Shown one piece after another: positions 1 to 17,682 of a stretch of DNA of 64,000 nucleotides. This DNA comes from the human T2T-CHM13v2.0 reference genome, Homo sapiens. The position numbers and the translations under genes are program-made. Position 1 is the first letter of the stretch; each line of letters opens with the position of its first letter. The notes beneath the pieces are model-generated. The model had not been told where the DNA came from. It was given only the letters and a program-made list of their open reading frames with translations, and ran no database searches. The DNA lies in NCBI RefSeq assembly GCF_009914755.1, contig NC_060939.1, one strand, 5' to 3'.

Positions 1-77
1 ACCGGTCAAGGAGATATGCCCCTTCCCCGTTTGCTTTTCTTTTCTTCCCTTCTCTTTTCTTCTTTTTGCTTCTCTTT

Positions 78-109
<32 letters not shown>

Positions 110-196
110 TTTCTTTTTCTCTCTTCCCCTCTTTCTTTCCTGCCTTCCTGCCTTTCTTCTTTTCTTCTTTCCTCCCTTCCTCCCTTCCTTCTTTCC

Positions 197-886
197 TCCC
201 GCCTCAGCCTCCCAAAGTGCTGGGATGACTGGCGGGAGGCACCATGCCTGCTTGGCCCAAAGAGACCCTCTTGGAAAGTGAGACGCAGAGAGCGCCTTCC
301 AGTGATCTCATTGACTGATTTAGAGACGGCATCTCGCTCCGTCACCCCGGCAGTGGTGCCGTCGTAACTCACTCCCTGCAGCGTGGACGCTCCTGGACTC
401 GAGCGATCCTTCCACCTCAGCCTCCAGAGTACAGAGCCTGGGACCGCGGGCACGCGCCACTGTGCCCACACCGTTTTTAATTGTTTTTTTTTCCCCCGAG
501 ACAGAGTTTCACTCTCGTGGCCTAGACTGCAGTGCGGTGGCGCGATCTTGGCTCACCGCAACCTCTGCCTCCCGGTTTCAAGCGATTCTCCTGCATCGGC
601 CTCCTGAGTAGCCGGGATTGCGGGCATGCGCTGCCACGTCTGGCTGATTTCGTATTTTTAGTGGAGACGGGGCTTCTCCATGTCGATCGGGCTGGTTTCG
701 AACTCCCGACCTCAGGTGATCCGCCCTCCCCGGCCTCCGGAAGTGCTGGGATGACAGGCGTGAGCCACCGCGCCCGGCCTTCATTTTTAAATGTTTTCCC
801 ACAGACGGGGTCTCATCATTTCTTTGCAACCCTCCTGCCCGGCGTCTCAAAGTGCTGGCGTGACGGGCGTGAGCCACTGCGCCTGG
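197..886 (-). mobile_element. Alu cluster: left-arm fragment 197-255, diverged right-arm piece 322-475, near-full Alu 484-779, fragment 800-886
   Basis: Reverse-complement Alu motifs: CCTCCCAAAGTGCTGGGA, GAGACAGAGTTTCACTC, GACCTCAGGTGATCCGCCC, GCGTGAGCCACCGCGCCCGGCC. Confidence 0.9.
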
Positions 887-927
887 ACTCCGGGGAATGA
901 CTCACGACCACCATCGCTCTACTGATC

Positions 928-986
<59 letters not shown>

Positions 987-1967
987 GATGAATTATCTTA
1001 TGATTTATTTGTGTACTTATTTTCAGACGGAGTCTCGCTCTGGGCGGGGCGAGGCGAGGCGAGGCACAGCGCATCGCTTTGGAAGCCGCGGCAACGCCTT
1101 TCAAAGCCCCATTCGTATGCACAGAGCCTTATTCCCTTCCTGGAGTTGGAGCTGATGCCTTCCGTAGCCTTGGGCTTCTCTCCATTCGGAAGCTTTGACA
1201 GGCGCAACCCCACCCAGAGGCTGGCTGCGGCTGAGGATTAGGGGGTGTGTTGGGGCTGAAAACTGGGTCCCCTATTTTTGATACCTCAGCCGACACATCC
1301 CCCGACCGCCATCGCTTGCTCGCCCTCTGAGATCCCCCGCCTCCACCGCCTTGCAGGCTCACCTCTTACTTTCATTTCTTCCTTTCTTGCGTTTGAGGAG
1401 GGGGTGCGGGAATGAGGGTGTGTGTGGGGAGGGGGTGCGGGGTGGGGACGGAGGGGAGCGTCCTAAGGGTCGATTTAGTGTCATGCCTCTTTCACCACCA
1501 CCACCACCACCGAAGATGACAGCAAGGATCGGCTAAATACCGCGTGTTCTCATCTAGAAGTGGGAACTTACAGATGACAGTTCTTGCATGGGCAGAACGA
1601 GGGGGACCGGGGACGCGGAAGCCTGCTTGAGGGAGGAGGGGTGGAAGGAGAGACAGCTTCAGGAAGAAAACAAAACACGAATACTGTCGGACACAGCACT
1701 GACTACCCGGGTGATGAAATCATCTGCACACTGAACACCCCCGTCACAAGTTTACCTATGTCACAATCTTGCACATGTATGCTTGAACGACAAATAAAAG
1801 TTAGGGGGGAGAAGAGAGGAGAGAGAGAGAGAGAGAGAGACAGAGAGAGACAGAGAGAGAGAGAGAGGAGGGAGAGAGAAAACGAAACACCACCTCCTTG
1901 ACCTGAGTCAGGGGGTTTCTGGCCTTTTGGGAGAACGTTCAGCGACAATGCAGTATTTGGGCCCGTT

Positions 1968-2270
1968 CTTTTTTTTTCTTCTTCTTTTCTTTCTTTTTTT
2001 TTGGACTGAGTCTCTCTCGCTCTGTCACCCAGGCTGCGGTGCGGTGGCGCTCTCTCGGCTCACTGAAACCTCTGCTTCCCGGGTTCCAGTGATTCTTCTT
2101 CGGTAGCTGGGATTACAGGCGCACACCATGACGGCCGGCTCATATTCCTATTTTCAGTAGAGACGGGGTTTCTCCACGTTGGCCACGCTGGTCTCGAACT
2201 CCTGACCTCAAATGATCCGCCTTCCTGGGCCTCCCAAAGTGCTGGAAACGACAGGCCTGAGCCGCCGGGA
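1968..2270 (-). mobile_element. Alu, minus wing of the LR1 inverted pair
   Basis: T-rich tail, then CTCGCTCTGTCACCCAGGCTG ... GGTCTCGAACTCCTGACCTC ... CTCCCAAAGTGCTGG. Confidence 0.9.
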
Positions 2271-2557
2271 TTTCAGCCTTTAAAAGCGCGGGCCCTGCCA
2301 CCTTTCGCTGTGGCCCTTACGCTCAGAATGACGTGTCCTCTCTGCCGTAGGTTGACTCCTTGAGTCCCCTAGGCCATTGCACTGTAGCCTGGGCAGCAAG
2401 AGCCAAACTCCGTCCCCCCACCTCCCCGCGCACATAATAACTAACTAACAAACTAACTAACTAACTAAACTAACTAAATAAATAAAATCTCTACACGTCA
2501 CCTCTAAGTGTGTGTTCCCGTGAGGAGTGATTTCTAAGAAATGGCACTGTACACTGA

Positions 2558-2958
<401 letters not shown>

Positions 2959-2966
2959 CTAGGGCC

Positions 2967-3322
2967 TTCTCTCTGTCTGTTTCTCTCTGTTCGTCTCTGT
3001 CTTTCTCTCTGTGTCTCTTTCTCTGTCTGTCTGTCTCTTTCTTTCTCTCTGTCTCTGTCTCTGTCTTTGTCTCTCTCTCTCCCTCTCTGCCTGTCTCACT
3101 GTGTCTGTCTTCTGTCTTACTCTCTTTCTCTCCCCGTCTGTCTCTCTCTCTCTCTCTCCCTCCCTGTTTGTTTCTCTCTCTCCCTCCCTGTCTGTTTCTC
3201 TCTCTCTCTTTCTGTCTGTTTCTGTCTCTCTCTGTCTGTCTATGTCTTTCTCTGTCTGTCTCTTTCTCTGTCTGTCTGCCTCTCTCTTTCTTTTTCTGTG
3301 TCTCTCTGTCGGTCTCTCTCTC

Positions 3323-3357
<35 letters not shown>

Positions 3358-3549
3358 GTGCCTATCTTCTGTCTTACTCTCTTTCTCTGCCTGTCTGTCT
3401 GTCTCTCCCTCCGTTTCTGTTTCTCTCTCTCTCTCTCTCTCTCTCCCCCTCTCCCTGTCTGTTTCTCTCCGTCTCTCTCTCTTTCTGTCTGTTTCTCACT
3501 GTCTCTCTCTGTCCATCTCTCTCTCTCTCTGTCTGTCTCTTTCGTTCTC

Positions 3550-3610
<61 letters not shown>

Positions 3611-3652
3611 CTCTCTGTGTGTATCTTCTGTCTTACTCTCCTTCTCTGCCTG

Positions 3653-3686
<34 letters not shown>

Positions 3687-4134
3687 CCTTTCTGTCTCTC
3701 TCTCTCTCTGTCCCTCTCTCTTTCTGTCTGTTCCTCTCTCTCTCTCTGTCTCTGTCTTTCTCTGTCTGTCTGCCTCTCTCTTTCTTTCTCTTTCTGTGTC
3801 TCTCTGTCTCTCTCACTGTGTGTGTGTCTCTGTCTCTGCCTCTCTCTCTCTCTCTCTCTCTGTCTGTCTCTCTCACTGTGTGTGTCTGTCTTCTGTCTTA
3901 CTCTCCTTCTCTGCCTGTCCGTCTGTCTGTCTGTCTCTCCCTCTCTCTCCCTCCCTTTCTGTTTCTCTCTCTCTCTCTCTCTCTTTCTGTCTGTTTCTCT
4001 CTTTCTCTCTCTGTCTGTCTCTTTCTCTGTCTGTCTGTCTCTCTCTTTCTTTTTCTCTGTCTCTCTGTCTCTCTCTGTGCCTGTCTCTCTGTCTGTGCCT
4101 ATCTTCTGTCTTACTCTCTTTCTCTGGCTGACTG

Positions 4135-4175
<41 letters not shown>

Positions 4176-4276
4176 GTCTCCGTCCCTCCCTCCCTGTCTG
4201 TCTGTTTCTCTCTCTGTCCATTTCTGTCTGTCTCTTTCTCTTTCTCTCTCTTTCTTTCTCTCTGTCTCTCTCTGTC

Positions 4277-4335
<59 letters not shown>

Positions 4336-4543
4336 CTCTCTCACTGTGTCGGTCTTCTGTCTTACTCTCTTTCTCTGCCTGCCTCTCTGTCTGTCTGTCT
4401 GTCTCTCTCCCTCCATGTCTCTCTCTCTCTCTCTCTCACTCACTGTCTCTCCGTCTCTCTCTCTTTCTGTCTGTTTCTCTCTGTCTCTGTCTTTCTGTGT
4501 GTCTGTCTGTCTCTCTCTCTATTTGTCTTTCTCCCTCCCTGTC

Positions 4544-4584
<41 letters not shown>

Positions 4585-4655
4585 GTCTGTTTCTCTCTAT
4601 CTCTCGCTGTCCATCTCTGTCTTTCTATGTCTGTCTCTTTCTCTGTCAGTCTGTC
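2967..4655 (+). repeat. (CT/CTGT)-rich polypyrimidine block of LR1
   Basis: Nearly pure TC/TCTG sequence with 6 recurrences of the anchor TCTTCTGTCTTACTCT. Confidence 0.97.
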
Positions 4656-4909
4656 AGACACCCCCGTGCCGGGTAGGGCCCTGCCCCTTCCACGAAAGTG
4701 AGAAGCGCGTGCTTCGGTGCTTAGAGAGGCCGAGAGGAATCTAGACAGGCGGGCCTTGCTGGGCTTCCCCACTCGGTGTACGATTTCGGGAGGTCGAGGC
4801 CGGGTCCCCGCTTGGATGCGAGGGGCATTTTCAGACTTTTCTCTCGGTCACGTGTGGCGTCCGTACTTCTCCTATTTCCCCGATAAGCTCCTCGACTTCA
4901 ACATAAACG

Positions 4910-9459
<4,550 letters not shown>

Positions 9460-9465
9460 TGTGAA

Positions 9466-9680
9466 GGCCGGACGCAACACGGCGAAACCCCGTCTCTACT
9501 AAAAATACAAAGCTGAGTCGGGAGCGGTGGGGCAGGCCCCTGTAATGCCAGCTCCTCGGGAGGCTGAGGCGGGAGAATCGCTTGAACCAGGGAAGCGGAG
9601 GCTGCAGGGAGCCGAGATCGCGCCACTGCACTACGGCCCAGGCTGTAGAGTGAGTGAGACTCGGTCTCTAAATAAATACG
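9466..9680 (+). mobile_element. Alu with a large left-arm deletion
   Basis: GGCCGG joined to CAACACGGCGAAACCCCGTCTCTACTAAAAATACAAA, followed by a right arm. Confidence 0.85.
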
Positions 9681-9689
9681 GAAATTAAT

Positions 9690-10450
9690 TAATTCATTAA
9701 TTCTTTTCCCTGCTGACGGACATTTGCAGGCAGGCATCGGTTGTCTTCGGGCATCACCTAGCGGCCACTGTTATTGAAAGTCGACGTGACACGGAGGGAG
9801 GTCTCGCCGACTTCACCGAGCCTGGGGCAACGGGTTTCTCTCTCTCCCTTCTGGAGGCCCCTCCCTCTCTCCCTCGTTGCCTAGGGAACCTCGCCTAGGG
9901 AACCTCCGCCCTGGCGGGGGCCCTATTGTTCTTTGATCGGCGCTTTACTTTTCTTTGTGTTTTGGCGCCTAGACTCTTCTACTTGGGCTTTGGGAAGGGT
10001 CAGTTTAATTTTCAAGTTGCCCCCCGGCTCCCCCCACTACCCACGTCCCTTCACCTTAATTTAGTGAGTCGGTTAGGTGGGTTTCCCCCAAACCGCCCCC
10101 CCCCCCCCGCCTCCCAACACCCTGCTTGGAAACCTTCCAGAGCCACCCCGGTGTGCCTCCGTCTTCTCTCCCCTTCCCCCACCCCTTGCCGGCGATCTCA
10201 TTCTTGCCAGGCTGACATTTGCATCGGTGGGCGTCAGGCCTCACTCGGGGGCCACCGTTTTTGAAGATGGGGGCGGCACGGTCCCACTTCCCCGGAGGCA
10301 GCTTGGGCCGATGGCATAGCCCCTTGACCCGCGTGGGCAAGCGGGCGGGTCTGCAGTTGTGAGGCTTTTCCCCCCGCTGCTTCCCGCCTCAGGCCTCCCT
10401 CCCTAGGAAAGCTTCACCCTGGCTGGGTCTCGGTCACCTTTTATCACGAT
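9690..10450 (+). repeat. Two tandem diverged copies (A and D, offset about 487 bp) of a non-Alu IGS module with X-box-like and TCF-like motifs
   Basis: GGCCACTGTTATTGAA (9763) vs GGCCACCGTTTTTGAA (10250); shared GCTGAC..ATTTGCA..ATCGGT, CCTAGG(G)AA and CCCTGGC.GGG blocks. Confidence 0.7.
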
Positions 10451-10861
10451 GTTTTAGTTTCTCCGCCCTCCGGCCAGCAGAGTTTCACAATGCGAAGGGC
10501 GCCACGGCTCTAGTCTGGGCCTTCTCAGTACTTGCCCAAAATAGAAACGCTTTCTGAAAACTAATAACTTTGCTCACTTAAGATTTCCAGGGACGGCGCC
10601 TTGGCCCGTGTTTGTTGGCTTGTTTTGTTTCGTTCTGTTTTGTTTTGTTCGTGTTTTTCCTTTCTCGTATGTCTTTCTTTTCAGGTGAAGTAGAAATCCC
10701 CAGTTTTCAGGAAGACGTCTATTTTCCCCAAGACACGTTAGCTGCCGTTTTTTCCTGTTGTGAACTAGCGCTTTTGTGACTCTCTCAACGTGCAGTGAGA
10801 GCCGGTTGATGTTTACTATCCTTCATCATGACATCTTATTTTCTAGAAATCCGTAGGCGAA

Positions 10862-10948
10862 TGCTGCTGCTGCTCTTGTTGCTGTTGTTGTTGTTGTTGT
10901 TGTCGTCGTTGCTGTTGTCGTTGTCGTTGTTGTTGTCGTTGTCGTTGT
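10862..10948 (+). repeat. (GCT/GTT/GTC)n compound trinucleotide repeat
   Basis: Visible directly in the sequence. Confidence 0.9.
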
Positions 10949-11024
10949 TTTCAAAGTATACCCCGGCCACCGTTTATGGGATCAAAAGCATTATAAAATA
11001 TGTGTGATTATTTCTTGAGCACGC

Positions 11025-11622
11025 CCTTCCTCCCCCTCTCTCTGTCTCTCTGTCTGTCTCTGTCTCTCTCTTTCTCTGTCTGTCTTCTCTCTCTCTCTCT
11101 CTCTGTGTCTCTCTCTCTCTGCCTGTCTGTTTCTCTCTCTCTGCCTCTCTCTCTCTCTCTCTCTCTGCCTGTCTCTCTCACTGTGTCTGTCTTCTGTCTT
11201 ACTCCCTTTCTCTGTCTGTCTGTCGGTCTCTCTCTCTCTCTCTCCCTGTCTGTATGTTTCTCTCTGTCTCTGTCTCTCTCTCTCTTTCTGTTTCTCTCTC
11301 TCCGTCTCTGTCTTTCTCTGACTGTCTCTCTCTTTCCTTCTCTCTGTCTCTCTCTGCCTGTCTCTCTCACTCTGTCTTCTGTCTTACTCTCTCTCTCTGC
11401 CTGCCTGTCTCTCTCACTCTCTCTCTCTGTGTGTCTCTCTCTCTCTTTCTGTTTCTCTCTGTCTCTCTGTCCGTCTCTGTCTTTCTCTGTCTGTCTCTTT
11501 GTCTGTCTGTCTTTGTCTTTCCTTCTCTCTGTCTCTGTCTCTCTCACTGTGTCTGTCTTCTGTCTTAGTCTCTCTCTCTCTCTCTCCCTGTCTGTCTGTC
11601 TCTCTCTCTCTCTCCCCCTGTC

Positions 11623-11667
<45 letters not shown>

Positions 11668-11940
11668 TTGTCTTTCTTTCTGTCTCTGTCTCTCTCTCTC
11701 TCTCTGTGTGTCTGTCTTCTGTCTTACTGTCTTTCTCTGCCTGTCTGTCTGTCTGTCTCTCTCTGTCTGTCTCTCTCTCTCTCTCCCCCCTGTCGGCTGT
11801 TTCTCTGTCTCTGTCTGTGTCTCTCTTTCTGTCTGTTTCTCTCTGTCTGTCTTTCTCTCTCTGTCTCTTTCTCTCTGTCTCTCTGTCTGTCTCTGTCTCT
11901 CTCTCTGTCTCTCTCTCTCTGTGGGGGGGTGTGTGTGTGT

Positions 11941-11977
<37 letters not shown>

Positions 11978-12228
11978 TGCCTTCTGTCTTACTCTCTTTC
12001 TCTGCCTGTCTGTCTGCCTGTCTGTTTGTCTCTCTCTCTCTGCCTGTCTCTCTCCCTTCCTGTCTGTTTCTCTCTCTTTCTGTTTCTCTCTGTCTCTGTC
12101 CATCTCTGTCTTTCTCCGTCTGTCTCTTTATCTGTCTCTCTCCGTCTGTCTCTTTATCTGTCTCTCTCTCTCTTTCTGTCTTTCTCTCTCTGTGTATCGT
12201 TGTCTCTCTCTGTCTGTCTCTGTCTCTG

Positions 12229-12261
<33 letters not shown>

Positions 12262-12300
12262 GTCTGTCTGTCCGTCTGTCTGTCTCGGTCTCTGGCTCTC
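11025..12300 (+). repeat. Third CT-rich block with an embedded (GT)n at 11927-11976
   Basis: TC-rich; same anchor at 11190, 11375, 11556, 11715 and 11981. Confidence 0.95.
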
Positions 12301-13604
12301 GCTATCTCCCGCCCTCTCTTTTTTTGCAAAAGAAGCTCAAGTACATCTAATCTAATCCCTTACCAAGGCCTGAATTCTTCACTTCTGACATCCCAGATTT
12401 GATCTCCCTACAGAATGCTGTACAGAACTGGCGAGTTGATTTCTGGACTTGGATACCTCATAGAAACTACATATGAATAAAGATCCAATCCTAAAATCTG
12501 GGGTGGCTTCTCCCTCGACTGTCTCGAAAAATCGTACCTCTGTTCCCCTAGGATGCCGGAAGAGTTTTCTCAATGTGCATCTGCCCGTGTCCTAAGTGAT
12601 CTGTGACCGAGCCCTGTCCGTCCTGTCTCAAATATGTACGTGCAAACACTTCTCTCCATTTCCACAACTACCCACGGCCCCTTGTGGAACCACTGGCTCT
12701 TTGAAAAAAATCCCAGAAGTGGTTTTGGCTTTTTGGCTAGGAGGCCTAAGCCTGCTGAGAACTTTCCTGCCCAGGATCCTGTGTGACCAAAAGTGCCTCT
12801 GCTGGGAGCTGGGATCCTCGGGACCATGCTTGCTAGCGCTGGATGAGTCTCTGGAAGGACGCACGGGACTCCGCAAAGCTGACCTGTCCCACCGAGGTCA
12901 AATGGATACCTCTGCATTGGCCCGAGGCCTCCGAAGTACATCACCGTCACCAACCGTCACCGTCAGCATCCTTGTGAGCCTGCCCAAGGCCCCGCCTCCG
13001 GGGAGACTCTTGGGAGCCCGGCCTTCGTCGGCTAAAGTCCAAAGGGATGGTGACTTCCACCCACAAGGTCCCCACTGAACGGCGAAGATGTGGAGCGTAG
13101 GTCAGAGAGGGGACCAGGAGGGGAGACGTCCCGACAGGCGACGAGTTCCCAAGGCTCTGGCCACCCCACCCACGCCCCACGCCCCACGTCCCGGGCACCC
13201 GCGGGACACCGCCGCTTTATCCCCTCCTCTGTCCACAGCCGGCCCCACCCCACCACGCAACCCACGCACACACGCTGGAGGTTCCAAAACCACACGGTGT
13301 GACTAGAGCCTGACGGAGCGAGAGCCCATTTCACGAGGTGGGAGGGGTGGGGGTGGGGTGGGTTGGGGGTTGTGGGGTCTGTGGCGAGCCCGATTCTCCC
13401 TCTTGGGTGGCTACAGGCTAGAAATGAATATCGCTTCTTGGGCGGAGGGGCTTCCTTAGGCCATCACCGCTTGCGGGACTACCTCTCAAACCCTCCCTTG
13501 AGGCCACAAAATAGATTCCACCCCACCCATCGACGTTTCCCCCGGGTGCTGGATGTATCCTGTCAAGAGACCTGAGCCTGACACCGTCGAATTAAACACC
13601 TTGA

Positions 13605-13838
<234 letters not shown>

Positions 13839-13880
13839 TAGATTCGAGCCACACCTCATTCCGTGCCACAGAGAGACTTC

Positions 13881-16800
13881 TTTTTTTTTTTTTTTTTAAG
13901 CGCAACGCAACATGTCTGCCTTATTTGAGTGGCTTCCTATATCATTATAATTGTGTTATAGATGAAGAAACGGTATTAAACACTGTGCTAATGATAGTGA
14001 AAGTGAAGACAAAAGAAAGGCTATCTATTTTGTGGTTAGAATAAAGTTGCTCAGTATTTAGAGCTACCTAAATACGTCAGCATTTACACTCTTCCTAGTA
14101 AAAGCTGGCCAATCTGAATAATCCTCCTTTAAACAAACACAATTTTTGATAGGGTTAAGATTTTTTTAAGAATGCGACTCCTGCAAAATAGCTGAACAGA
14201 CGATACACATTTAAAAAAATAACAACACAAGGATCAACCAGACTTGGGAAAAAATCGAAAACCACACAAGTCTTATGAAGAACTGAGTTCTTAAAATAGG
14301 ACGGAGAACGTAGCTATCGGAAGAGAAGGCAGTATTGGCAAGTTGATTGTTACGTTGGTCAGCAGTAGCTGGCACTATCTTTTTGGCCATCTTTCGGGCA
14401 ATGTAACTACTACAGCAAAATGAGATATGATCCATGAAACAACATATTCGCAAATCAAAAAGTGTTTCAGTAATATAATGCTTCAGATTTAGAAGCAAAT
14501 CAAATGATAGAACTCCACTGCTGTAATAAGTCACCCCAAAGATCACCGTATCTGACAAAATAACTACCACAGGGTTATGACTTCAGAATCATACTTTCTC
14601 TTGATATTTACTTATGTATGTATTTATTTTTTTTAATTTATTTCTCTTGAGACGGCGTCTCGCTCTGTCGCCCAGGCTGGAGTGCGATGGTGTGATCTCG
14701 GCTCACTGCAACCGCCACCTCCCTGGGTTCAAGCGATTCTCCTGCCTCAGCCTCCCGAGTAGCTGGGACTACAGGTGCCCGCCACCACGCCCAGCTAATC
14801 TTTATACTTTTAATAGAGACGGGGTTTCACCGTGTCGGCCCGGATGGTCTCGATCTCTTGACCTCGTGACCCGCCCGCCTCGGCCTCCCAAAGTGCTGGG
14901 ATGACAGGCGTGAGCCACTGAGCCCGGCCTTCTCTTGACGTTTAAACTATGAAGTCAGTCCAGAGAAACGCAATAAATGTCAACGGTGAGGATGGTGTTG
15001 AGGCAGAAGTAGGACCACACTTTTTCCTATCTTATTCAGTTGATAACAATATGACCTAGGTAGTAATTTCCTATGTGCCTACTTATACACGAGTACAAAA
15101 GAGTAAAACAGAGAGACTGCTAAATTAAAGGGTACGTGAAGTTCTTCATAGTAACTCCGTAAACTGGAACACTGTCAAAAAGCAGCAGCTAGTGAATTGT
15201 TTCCATGTATTTTTCTATGATCCAATAAGTGAACTATGCTATTCCTTTCCAGTCTCCCAAGCACTTCTTGTCCCCATCACCACTTCGGTGCTCGAAGAAA
15301 AAGTAACAAATCAAGGAACACAACTAAAGAAACACACACACAAACCAAAGACAACTACAGCGTCTGCAAAAGTTTGCTAGAAGACTGAAACTGTTGAGTA
15401 TAAGGATCTGGTATTCTACGATGATCATGAGTTCACTTCAGAGTTTGTTCAAGACATACGTTTCGTAAGGAAACATCTTAGTTAGAAGTTATTCAGCAGT
15501 AGGTACCATCCCTAAGTATTTTTCACCAAATTCGTGACAATAAAGAGCTATCTAACCAGAAAAATTAGCGAGTACCGGCACCATCCATAGGGCTTTGTCT
15601 TTACGCTTCATTAGCACTTACCATGCCTTACAATGTCTAGGATTGACCCTGATAGCATTTCGAAAACAAGCTAATGCTTTGTCCAGTTCTTCAGTGAAGA
15701 CAAGCTCACGCCCTAATGCGCTATAGGCATAAGCATCATTTGGATCCACTTCGAGAGTTCTCTGGAAGAATTGAATCGCAATATCGTGTTCCCGTTGCAG
15801 ACCGAAACAGTTCCCTGCAGCACACCAGGCCTCTGGCTGGCGAATTTTTATCCATGTCTGTGAAGTCTTTGGACAGAACTGAAAGAGCAACCTCTTTCGG
15901 AGGATGCCAAAGTGTTGTAGAGTAGATCTCCATGCCTTCGACTCTGTAATTCTCAATCCTCCTAACCTCTGAGAATTGTCTTTCAGCTTGCGTGGACTCT
16001 GAAAGTTTACAATAGGCCCTTCCGATTTGGCACAGTACCCAACCGGTATTGCAGTGGTGAGAAGCTAGATGGCTCAAGATGCTGATAGCTTCTTTGCCGT
16101 GGTAAGAACACAAAGCTAAATAACCTTTCCCCCTTTCACGAAGAAGGCTCATCAAGCCTTCCGCTGCTGCTTTTTGTAGATTAAAAGCCTGAATCTGAGG
16201 CGCGATTGCGGCTATTTTCCCTTCTGAAATGACGGAAGAGTCCAATTTTGTCACTTCCAGGCTATCACTTATGTTCGGTGGAGTTATTGCTCCTTTATTA
16301 GTTTTACTTTTGGTTCTTCTGTTTGGGATTTTAGGTGGAAACTTCATTTTTAATTTTCTCCTATTCTCCTCGGTTGTGGAGCTGTCACTAGTCAAGAGTC
16401 GTGAATTTCTTCGAGGCGGTGCATTTGGGGGAGATGCCATAGTGGGGCTCAATACCTGAGGTGTTGCCCTTGTCGGCGGACCAGAACTTTGTGTTTTTGC
16501 AAGGACTGGAGTTACCTTTCGGCTCTTTCCCCTCTGCGAGAAGACAGACGGTGTTCCGGTTTGGCCGATTCTGGCAACAGGCTTTTCTGAAGGGGCTCCG
16601 GTGGATGGCACGTCAATGACAGACGGTGTCTCATACCAGTGCAGTTTTGTCAATAGGGTCCGTCTCCGGGACTTGGGGTTTCTAATGGCAAAATGCCAAC
16701 ACTTGGGGTTAATGGACTAACAGCTGCTGGTCCTCCTAATAAACTTCGACCAGTTTTTGGTTTATGTTGAACCTGTTTAGATCATATGGAAGTTCCTGTT

Positions 16801-17682
16801 CCCAGTGGGACAGTATCAGGTGAAAGGACAGCTGAATCGATAGAAGACACTGGGGAGTCTGTATTCAAGGAGTACTTTGAATTGGAAGATTCTAAATTCC
16901 ATCCGTTTCATTCGACGGTGTCCTGGGGTGTTTCCGTAAGAACGGTCTCGGGCTGTCTGTGACATAAACTAGGACGAGGTCCAAGTGTTGTGGCGCAACA
17001 CTTGGACAGGCAGTTGCTAAAGCTCTCTAGAGAGGTGAATCAAAATGTTTGGTCAGGATCTGGCTTTTCCCCCCTATTTCACATCATGATTCAAAGGGAC
17101 ACCAGAGGAAAGGATTTCAACGAAGGCTCTTTTGGTCACATTCTGATCCTTTGGTAAGCCGATCTGTCTTGCAATATACATGTCCCGACGATGGAAGGGG
17201 AAAGCGAGCTGAATCACCAAACTCAGGAACGATAATATCATCGTGGCTTTTCTGCTTATGAAACACTCCACCCGATAAGATTTGATCCCCTTCTGCAAGC
17301 TTGCTGAGATCAACACAACATTTCGCAAGCAGGCATTTGCATTGCGGGGTAGTACAACTGTGTCCTTTCAAGAGTCTATATGTTTTATAGGCCTTTCCTG
17401 AGCGGTAAGAACAGGTCGCCAGTAAGAACAAGGCTTCTTCTGAGTGTACTTCTGCATAAAGGCGTTCTGCGGGGGAAACCGCATCTCGGTAGGCATAGTG
17501 GTTTAGTGCTTGCCATATAGCAGCCTGGACGGGTCCCTGCAGCACCGCCATCCTCGAGGCTCAGGCCCACTTTCTGCAGTGCCACAGGCACCCCCCCCCC
17601 CCCCCATAGCGGCTCCGGCCCGGCCAGCCTCGGCTCATTTAAAGGCACCAGCCGCCGTTACCGGGGGATGGGGGAGTCCGAG
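13881..17682 (-). pseudogene. CDC27P: CDC27 (APC3) processed pseudogene: 5'UTR, CDS to about codon 638, apparent retained intron and poly(A)
   Basis: ORF fragments MAVLQGPVQAAIWQALNHYAYRDAV..., KLKMKFPPKIPNR..., AWCAAGNCFGLQREHDIAI...NAIRVNPRH match CDC27 as recalled, with stops and frameshifts; ATG at 17551; A17 tail at 13881-13897; imperfect TSDs at 13868-13883 and 17683-17698. Confidence 0.93.
14611..14929 (-). mobile_element. Full-length Alu (AluSc/Y-like) nested in the CDC27 retrocopy
   Basis: GGTCTCGATCTCTTGACCTCGTGA; TSD TTCTCTTGATATTTA (14596) / TTCTCTTGACGTTTA (14930). Confidence 0.9.

Noticed and set aside
12330-13100. Unique IGS segment that might be an LTR or ERV remnant
   Set aside because: No family, terminal motifs or TSD could be identified by eye; it needs a Dfam search
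14211-14570. 119-aa minus-strand ORF with ordinary-looking composition
   Set aside because: Lies in the putative retained CDC27 intron; no recognisable domain or ATG context
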